Shown: positions 57,749 through 64,000 of the stretch, in pieces
How the letters are laid out: each line of letters begins with the position of its first letter
How positions within the stretch are numbered: position 1 is the first letter of the stretch
Source: an uncultured bacterium
Lineage (GTDB): Bacteria > Chloroflexota > UBA5177 > JANWHV01
Length of the DNA stretch: 64,000 nt
Direction: 5' to 3'
NCBI GenBank assembly: GCA_963729625.1
Contig: CAVSOU010000007.1
Span: 96,001-160,000 of the forward strand
Notes under the pieces: generated by a model
What the model was told of the DNA's origin: nothing
What the model saw: the letters and a program-made list of their open reading frames with translations, nothing else
Databases searched by the model: none
Program-made: the position numbers and the translations under genes

Positions 57749-59581
57749 TCAATCAAGATAGTCTTTGAGCTTGCGGCTACGTGACGGGTGCCGGAGCTTT
57801 CGGAGGGCTTTCGCCTCGATCTGGCGGATCCGCTCGCGCGTCACACCGAATTCCTTGCCGACCTCCTCAAGCGTTCGCGTCCGGCCGTCCTCGAGGCCAA
57901 ACCGAAGCTGGAGCACCTTTCGCTCGCGCAGCGTCAGCGACGCAAGCACATCCTCGACTTGCTCCTTCAGAAGTTGATGCGAGGCTGCATCCTGAGGCGC
58001 GGTCGCGCCCGCGTCCTCTATGAAGTCGCCGAGATGGCTGTCCTCTTCTTCGCCGATAGGTGTCTCCAATGACACCGGCTCCTGGGACACCTTCATGATC
58101 TCTCGCACCTTCTCAGGCGCGATGTCCATCTTCAGGGCGATTTCCTCGGAGGTCGGCTCGCGACCGAGCTCCTGCAACAGTTTTCGCGACTCGCGAATGA
58201 GCTTGTTGATGGTCTCGACCATGTGCACCGGTATGCGAATCGTGCGAGCCTGGTCGGCAATCGCGCGCGTGATCGCCTGGCGAATCCACCAGGTGGCATA
58301 CGTGCTGAACTTGTATCCCTTGGTATGGTCAAACTTCTCCACAGCCCGAATGAGACCGATATTGCCTTCCTGGATGAGGTCGAGGAGGTTCATGCCGCGG
58401 CCAATGTACTTCTTGGCCACACTTACGACCAATCTGAGATTGGCTTCGGTTAAGCGTCGTCGCGCATCTAGGCCGCGATCGATGACGTCTTGGTTGAACT
58501 CCCAAGCCTGTATCATTGCGCGCGCCTGGTCAATGTCGATCTTCACGCGTCTCTCGAGCATCGTCGCGAGATCTTCATCGGTGACACTCGGACGCGATCG
58601 TTCATCCCAAATATCTGCGGCCTCCCGGTGACCGAGCCTCAGGAGCCGAACGAGCTCGCGCACGGCGCTCGATCGCTCAACCTCCTCGCCGCTCAAGCGC
58701 ACCACCCAGTAGGTATCTTCCTCGACCACCGATATGATCTCGTCGCCGTCGACCAGAGCCAGGTCGGGGTCGATCAGTACGTCGAGGTCGTCTGCCGCCT
58801 CGGGATCCACCGGGACCAATGGCTCGGCGGGAGCCGAAACGCGCAGTGTTACTGGGACGTCCGCGTCCTCCTCGTCAACGTCTACTGGAACGTCCTCCAG
58901 AGCCTCCAGGATCGCAGGCCGTTCACGCTGCTCGACTTCGATCAGCCCGCGCAGGCGAGCAAGCGCCGCGTCGACGATCGAATCGCCCAAATCGCAGACA
59001 CTCGCCAGAGAAGCGAGCGCGTGCGCGAGCGAGCCGTCTTCTGGTTTGTCTTCTTCCTGCTTCAACAGCCGCAGGGAATCGCTGCAGGCACGGTCGGCGC
59101 CCTGCTCGGTGAGACGGACCAGGGCATCAAGCTCGGCGCACGACGCGAGCGCGACCGGATCGTCGGCGCGAAGCAATGTGGCTAGCCGCCGAATCGCGGA
59201 CTCAATGCTCACGTCATCGAGGCCCAGAACCCTGGCCCAGACGGCTGCGGCACGCGTCGCCTCTCGGCAGTCCGGCGACGTGAGCCGGAAGAGCTTGATG
59301 CCTCGTGCGAGACTGGCTTGAGCTCGATCGACCTCGCGGTCGCCGGCTTTCATCGCGATCGCGTACTCGACCTCTTCCCTCCCTTTCAGAAGCTTGACGC
59401 GGCCAATTTCACGAAGGTACATGCGTACCGGGTCGTCGATATTGCCGCCTTCGTCATCGACCGGCTGATCCGCGTCGTCATCGATACTTGCCTCGAATTC
59501 GGGACGAGGATGCAGATCCGCCTCGGCGCGAGTCGTCCCTGGCCGGAACAGTGAATCGGTGTGCTCGCCGTCGTGAATCAC
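57749..59581 (-). CDS. rpoD: Primary RNA polymerase sigma factor RpoD/SigA with large non-conserved insertion
   Basis: [12 protein letters not shown] (1.2), [70 protein letters not shown]; GTG 59581 after AGGAAGGA. Confidence 0.96.
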   Translation of the reverse strand: MIHDGEHTDSLFRPGTTRAEADLHPRPEFEASIDDDADQPVDDEGGNIDDPVRMYLREIGRVKLLKGREEVEYAIAMKAGDREVDRAQASLARGIKLFRLTSPDCREATRAAAVWARVLGLDDVSIESAIRRLATLLRADDPVALASCAELDALVRLTEQGADRACSDSLRLLKQEEDKPEDGSLAHALASLASVCDLGDSIVDAALARLRGLIEVEQRERPAILEALEDVPVDVDEEDADVPVTLRVSAPAEPLVPVDPEAADDLDVLIDPDLALVDGDEIISVVEEDTYWVVRLSGEEVERSSAVRELVRLLRLGHREAADIWDERSRPSVTDEDLATMLERRVKIDIDQARAMIQAWEFNQDVIDRGLDARRRLTEANLRLVVSVAKKYIGRGMNLLDLIQEGNIGLIRAVEKFDHTKGYKFSTYATWWIRQAITRAIADQARTIRIPVHMVETINKLIRESRKLLQELGREPTSEEIALKMDIAPEKVREIMKVSQEPVSLETPIGEEEDSHLGDFIEDAGATAPQDAASHQLLKEQVEDVLASLTLRERKVLQLRFGLEDGRTRTLEEVGKEFGVTRERIRQIEAKALRKLRHPSRSRKLKDYLD

Positions 59582-59842
59582 GCGGATTCCTTCCTCTACG
59601 AACTCGGGAACGGTCTTGACGGGTCGACCATGCAACCACCCATGGAGAACATACGCTTGGGAGTTCGGGCTTCACATGTGTACATCACCTGGAACGGAGT
59701 GCTGGTAGCTTGCGTTCAGTCTGGAAGCAACATCGTGCTCCAACAACCCAATGCTGGCCCCGAAGCCATGCACTACACCTGCCCTGATGCCGCTCGAGGC
59801 CGGCACTCGAGTGTGCCGCGACCGAGGAACTGCGTCCCGGCC

Positions 59843-59882
59843 TGTGCTAGTGGTGATAGCACATCTCACAACATTTAGACAA
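59843..59882 (-). promoter_or_regulatory. Putative rpoD promoter overlapped by a 7-7-7 inverted repeat
   Basis: Minus strand TTGTCT-18 bp-TATCAC with TGn extension; TGTGCTA-N7-TAGCACA at 59843-59863. Confidence 0.45.
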
Positions 59883-59890
59883 TTACCGGG

Positions 59891-59932
59891 AAACGCGTGG
59901 GCGGGAGCGCCCTTACGGACTCCCCCGCCCAC
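59891..59932 (-). terminator. Putative intrinsic terminator after ppdK
   Basis: GTGGGCGGG...CCCGCCCAC stem followed by GCGTTT on minus strand, 25 nt after the ppdK stop. Confidence 0.65.
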
Positions 59933-59956
59933 ATGCCATTGTTAGCTACTCGCCGC

Positions 59957-62647
59957 TTACCTGTCGCGCTCTCCGCCGACGATCGCTGCTTGCGCCGCCG
60001 CCAACCGGGCGACCGGCACGCGGAACGGCGAACAGCTGACGTAGGTGAGCCCGACCTGATGACAGAATTCTATTGAGCTTGGGTCGCCGCCATGCTCGCC
60101 GCAGATACCAAGCGTGATTTCGGGCCGCACGGACCGGCCCTTTTCGACCGCCATCTTGACAAGCGCGCCGACGCCGTCGCGATCGAGCACCTGGAACGGA
60201 TTCTCGGGCAGGATCTTTTCTTCTACGTACCGCAGCAGGAACTTGCCTTCGGCGTCGTCGCGCGAAAAGCCGAACGTCGTCTGGGTAAGGTCGTTCGTGC
60301 CGAAGCTGAAGAACTCGGCGTGCCGGGCGATAGCGTCGGCGGTCAGCGCGGCGCGCGGAAGCTCGATCATAGTGCCAATCTTGAAGCTCACCTTCACACC
60401 TTGGCGCTCCTGCTCTTCGGCCGCTACACGCTCAAGCTGCTTCCTGGTGATTTCCAGCTCGTTCACATGGCTGACGAGCGGCACCATGATTTCCGGATGG
60501 ACGTCAACACCTTCCTTCTTCAGCTCGCATGCCGCACCGATGATGGCCCGGCACTGCATCGTGGTGATGCCCGGGAATGTCAAGCCCAGGCGAATGCCGC
60601 GAAGTCCAAGCATAGGATTCTGCTCGCGCATGCCCTCGATTGCGCGCAAGAGCTTCTCCTGCTTGGCAAGCTCGTCGGGGTTGTCCCCGCGCGTGCGCAG
60701 CTCGACGACCCTTGTCAGCGTCTCCTCGAACGAGGGAAGGAACTCGTGCAAGGGCGGATCGATCAACCGGATGACTACAGGGAGGCCCTGCATGGCCTTG
60801 AGAATCCCACGGAAGTCCGCTTGTTGCACCGGCAGCAGTATGTCGAGCGCCTTCTGCCGCTCCTCTTCAGTCTCGGCCAGGATCATCTGCTGCACTACGG
60901 GCAACCGCTCTTCTTCGAAGAACATGTGCTCCGTCCGGCAGAGACCGATGCCCTGGGCTCCGAACTCTCGAGCCTTCTGCGCATCGCGAGGGTAGTCGCC
61001 ATTCGCCCACACCTGCAGCCGGCGATACTCATCAGCCCAGCTGAGCAGGGTTTGCAGATCCTTCTCCTCCGAGAAGTTTGCCGCCTTCGTCTTGATGTCT
61101 CCGGCGAATACCTCGCCCGTCGTGCCGTCGATCGAGATGAAGTCGCCTTCCTTGACTACCCGGTCACCGGCTTGCATGGTCGATGTGCGCTCGTCAATCC
61201 GGAGGTCGCCGGCGCCGGCAACACAGGGCTTGCCCATGGAGCGAGCGACAACTGCGGCGTGGCTGGTCGCGCCGCCGCGAGCCGTCAAGACTCCGCGAGA
61301 CGCGATCATGCCATGGACGTCATCAGGTGAGGTCTCCTGGCGAACCAGTATCACCGCTTCGCCCTTGGATCCAAGCTCCTCAGCCCGATCGGCGGTGAAC
61401 ATCGCTTTGCCGGACGCGGCGCCCGGCGAAGCGTTCAGGCCCTTGGCCAGTAAGCGATTGTTTGCGGTTGCCTTCGCCTTGTCCTCTGAATCGAAACGGG
61501 GCAGCAGCAACTGCGAGATATCGTTGGCCGGCACGTACTTCTCGGTCAGGGCCGTCTTCCGGTCGATGATGCCCTCATTGGCCAGATCAACAGCGATCTT
61601 GACCGCAGCGGGGCCGGTGCGCTTGCCGGAGCGCGTCTGGAGCATGTAGAGCGTACCGCGCTCGATAGTGAACTCCATGTCCTGGATGTCCTTGTAGTGA
61701 CGCTCCAGCCGTGTGGCGATCTCCTCGAACTGCTTGTATACCGCAGGCATGTCCCGCTCGAGTGTGGCAATAGCGGCAGGGGTGCGGATGCCGGCAACTA
61801 CGTCTTCGCCCTGAGCATTGAGCAGGTACTCGCCGTACAGCTTCTTCTCGCCAGTGGAAGGATTCCGCGTGAATGCGACGCCGGTGCCGGAGTCGGCGCC
61901 CATGTTGCCGAACACCATGGTCTGCACGTTGACTGCCGTCCCGAGCGCATGTGAAATACGGTTGAAATTCCGGTAGTCGATGGCGCGCTTGCCGTTCCAG
62001 GACATGAATACCGCCATCACCGCGCGCTCCAGCTGGGCAAGTGGCTCGGTCGGGAAATCCTCGCCGGTCTCGCGCCTGACGATTGCCTTGAACTTGCCGA
62101 CGAGCTCTTTGAGACCATCGATGGTCAGATCCGCGTCGGTCTTCGCGCCAGACTTTGCCTTGGCCGCGTCGAGGTCGTGCTCGAACACTTCTCCCTTGAT
62201 GCCCAGCACAATCTTGCCGAACAACTGAATGAAGCGTCTGTATGCGTCGAACGCGAAGCGCTCATTATTGGTCAGCTTCGCCAGACCGCCGGCTACCTCA
62301 TCGTTGAGGCCGAGGTTCAGCACGGTGTCCATCATCCCAGGCATCGAGAACTTCGCGCCGGAACGCACGGATACGAGCAACGGGTTGCTGGGGTCCCCGA
62401 ACTTCTTGCCCGTCTTTTCCTCGACGACCTTGAGGTCGGTCAGGACCTGGTCCCAGAGCCCTTCCGGCAGCTTCTGTCCGCCCGCGTAGTACGCGTTACA
62501 TGCCTCAGTGGTGATTGTGAAGCCCGGCGGAACAGGTAGCCCGGCGTTTGTCATCTCCGCGCATCCCGCGCCCTTGCCGCCAAGCAAGTCTCGCATGGTC
62601 GCGTTGCCTTCGCTGAAGAGATAGACCCACTTCTTAGTGCCTGTCAC
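59957..62647 (-). CDS. ppdK: Pyruvate, phosphate dikinase
   Basis: LLGGKGA, PVPPGFTITT, SVRSGA..SMPGMMDT, AQGEDVVAG, GGATSHAAVVAR, GIGLCRTEHMF, FSFGTNDLTQ, GICGEHGG; GTG 62647. Confidence 0.98.
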   Translation of the reverse strand: MTGTKKWVYLFSEGNATMRDLLGGKGAGCAEMTNAGLPVPPGFTITTEACNAYYAGGQKLPEGLWDQVLTDLKVVEEKTGKKFGDPSNPLLVSVRSGAKFSMPGMMDTVLNLGLNDEVAGGLAKLTNNERFAFDAYRRFIQLFGKIVLGIKGEVFEHDLDAAKAKSGAKTDADLTIDGLKELVGKFKAIVRRETGEDFPTEPLAQLERAVMAVFMSWNGKRAIDYRNFNRISHALGTAVNVQTMVFGNMGADSGTGVAFTRNPSTGEKKLYGEYLLNAQGEDVVAGIRTPAAIATLERDMPAVYKQFEEIATRLERHYKDIQDMEFTIERGTLYMLQTRSGKRTGPAAVKIAVDLANEGIIDRKTALTEKYVPANDISQLLLPRFDSEDKAKATANNRLLAKGLNASPGAASGKAMFTADRAEELGSKGEAVILVRQETSPDDVHGMIASRGVLTARGGATSHAAVVARSMGKPCVAGAGDLRIDERTSTMQAGDRVVKEGDFISIDGTTGEVFAGDIKTKAANFSEEKDLQTLLSWADEYRRLQVWANGDYPRDAQKAREFGAQGIGLCRTEHMFFEEERLPVVQQMILAETEEERQKALDILLPVQQADFRGILKAMQGLPVVIRLIDPPLHEFLPSFEETLTRVVELRTRGDNPDELAKQEKLLRAIEGMREQNPMLGLRGIRLGLTFPGITTMQCRAIIGAACELKKEGVDVHPEIMVPLVSHVNELEITRKQLERVAAEEQERQGVKVSFKIGTMIELPRAALTADAIARHAEFFSFGTNDLTQTTFGFSRDDAEGKFLLRYVEEKILPENPFQVLDRDGVGALVKMAVEKGRSVRPEITLGICGEHGGDPSSIEFCHQVGLTYVSCSPFRVPVARLAAAQAAIVGGERDR

Positions 62648-62916
62648 GTTACCTGCCTTTTCATAAATCATCCGATATGCCACCCTGGCGGCGGCAGCTA
62701 TGCCACGAAAAAGGGCTCTGGCTACTGTGATTTCATCGCGACGCTGGAAGTCGCGGTCCCGATCAGCAGGCAGGCCCGCCGCGTAAGCTGGAACCCAAGG
62801 TAGGCCCAGTTCGTAGTGTACTGATTTGACACGGTCGCCGGGGTCCCTCCAGAGCCGCGTCCGCAACCCCAAAGGTCACCAATTCTCAGGGCCGGTCGTC
62901 ACAAGCGCCACGTCGG

Positions 62917-63705
62917 CTACCATGCGCTTCCCGCAGCCGCTGCGCGCAAGCTGCGCACCGCATCGAGGAAGCCCGTAGATCGAAGGCGTAGATCCAGCAG
63001 GTATTGGATGTACCCGAGCATTACGTGCTCTGCTTCGCTGAGCGCCTCCGCAGTGGGCTGAAGTCTCGCAAGTGCTGCATCTGGTCGAACCTGCAAATTG
63101 CGCAGTATTCGCAGCGGCTCAACGCCAATGGGAAATGCACTGGCGCTCTTTGCCGCGCAGTTCGGGCAGAGCACGCCTCCGTCTCTGGCGGAAAAGCAAT
63201 TTGCCACAGGCCGTATCTCGGACGCGCAGGACGCGCAGCGAAACAGCTCTGGACGATACCCCGCGAGACTCAGGAGATCAAGCTCGAAGGCACGCGCAGC
63301 AAGATCGACTTCAAGTCGCGGCTGATTCAAGCGGTTAAGGTGCAGGAGCAGTGAAGCAGCTATTCCGGGCACGCTGTGCTGCTCCTCCGTGAACCGATCG
63401 ACCAGTTCCGCGGCGTAAAACGCGTGGGACACGCGCCACAGGTCCGTATGCAGCAGGGGGAACTGCTGGATAGTCGCACCTTGCGTCACGAGGTCGAACG
63501 TGCGCCCGTGCACCAGAAATAGGTTGCTGTACGTGAATACCCCGACATGACCCGCGAGCCGACTCGACGTTCGCCGTACACCCTTGGCAAGCACGCGCAG
63601 CTTTCCGTATGCCGGCGTGAACAGCAGGAGCATACGATCCCGTTCGGCAAAGATAGAGCTCTTGAGTACGATGGCATCGGTTCGATAGGTGCGTGACGCG
63701 ACCAT
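62917..63705 (-). CDS. recO: DNA repair protein RecO
   Basis: TDAIVLK..FAERDR, GKL..LAKGVRR..SRL, FEL.LL..AGYRPEL..CASC...GGVLCPNC zinc finger. Confidence 0.95.
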   Translation of the reverse strand: MVASRTYRTDAIVLKSSIFAERDRMLLLFTPAYGKLRVLAKGVRRTSSRLAGHVGVFTYSNLFLVHGRTFDLVTQGATIQQFPLLHTDLWRVSHAFYAAELVDRFTEEQHSVPGIAASLLLHLNRLNQPRLEVDLAARAFELDLLSLAGYRPELFRCASCASEIRPVANCFSARDGGVLCPNCAAKSASAFPIGVEPLRILRNLQVRPDAALARLQPTAEALSEAEHVMLGYIQYLLDLRLRSTGFLDAVRSLRAAAAGSAW

Positions 63706-63740
63706 ATGCTCCGCCAGTCAGAACCACGAAAGCACGCTCC

Positions 63741-63749
63741 AGTGTAGCA
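63741..63749 (-). promoter_or_regulatory. Extended -10 element upstream of recO
   Basis: TGcTACACT. Confidence 0.45.
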
Positions 63750-63784
63750 TTGCTCGCGGATCTGTCCTCCAGCCCACGGACGGC

Positions 63785-63813
63785 AAAGGACCGCGCCGTC
63801 ACCGGCGCGGTCC
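63785..63813 (-). terminator. Intrinsic terminator after the flp pilin gene
   Basis: 11-bp stem GGACCGCGCCG/CGGCGCGGTCC, 4-nt loop, followed by TTT on minus strand. Confidence 0.75.
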
Positions 63814-63840
63814 CCGCGACACTCAACAGGGTGGCAAGAC

Positions 63841-64000
63841 TTACAGGCTGGCGGAAACAGTATTCAGAGTATTGGAGATCGACGGCTGCAAGAACTTGAG
63901 AGCGACGATCACCAAGATGGCGATGAGCGCCAGGATGAGAGCGTACTCTACCAAGCCCTGTCCTTCTTCGCGGCGAAGGTGACGTTTGATCCAGGCTTTC
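63841..64000 (-). CDS. flp: Flp family type IVb pilin (start lies beyond window end)
   Basis: Not in ORF track. Manual translation KAWIKRHLRREEGQGLVEYALILALIAILVIVALKFLQPSISNTLNTVSASL*, with the Flp G|xxxxEY motif. Confidence 0.93.
   Translation of the reverse strand, partial: KAWIKRHLRREEGQGLVEYALILALIAILVIVALKFLQPSISNTLNTVSASL

Noticed and set aside
58470-59341. Intein in rpoD
   Set aside because: No N-terminal Cys/Ser block, no His-Asn/Cys-Ser-Thr junction and no LAGLIDADG motif.
59795-59865. CIRCE (HrcA) element
   Set aside because: GCACTC/GAGTG half-sites lack the 9-bp spacer, and the TAGCAC dyad is in the opposite orientation.
62648-62916. Possible glyQS-type T-box between recO and ppdK
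   Set aside because: No TGGnACC T-box bulge or terminator/antiterminator pair; only short hairpins.
1-64000. CRISPR arrays, rRNA, IS elements, integrases, prophage genes
   Set aside because: No spaced direct repeats, rRNA signatures or transposase/recombinase motifs seen by eye.

Overview
High-GC bacterial chromosomal window, mostly housekeeping. A Chloroflexota-like origin is inferred from gene content (Flp pilin, SCO1664 kinase, DUF1015, archaeal-type asd, Firmicutes-like gene orders) and is not verified. Left to right: LOG-family gene (partial), orphan DnaJ, CAP-SH3 protein, DUF1015; an accessory block at about 4.2-13.4 kb (single-domain response regulator, MGH1/GH63-like glycosidase, CPA2 antiporter, secreted blue-copper protein, ECF sigma factor, Rieske-domain putative anti-sigma factor, secreted conserved protein with a CBM-like tail); tkt-tal-acpS-nnr-CBS-alr-cvpA; a minus-strand run of thiN, pepA, rluB, cmk, plsC, DUF512, der, plsY, gpsA; a complete 14-gene nuoA-N operon with an atypical NuoF; a radical SAM-GT4-MFS cluster; lysC-asd; recJ; SCO1664 kinase; dtd; rpoD with an unusually large (~290 aa) non-conserved region; ppdK; recO; and a partial Flp pilin. 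I saw no rRNA, tRNA, CRISPR array, transposase or integrase. The best candidate for a poorly described system is the cupredoxin / ECF sigma / Tat-anchored Rieske anti-sigma module (9.2-11.6 kb), a possible extracytoplasmic redox- or copper-sensing switch preceded by a long inverted repeat with back-to-back TGTAAC boxes. All family calls come from motif recognition by eye; no database searches were run.
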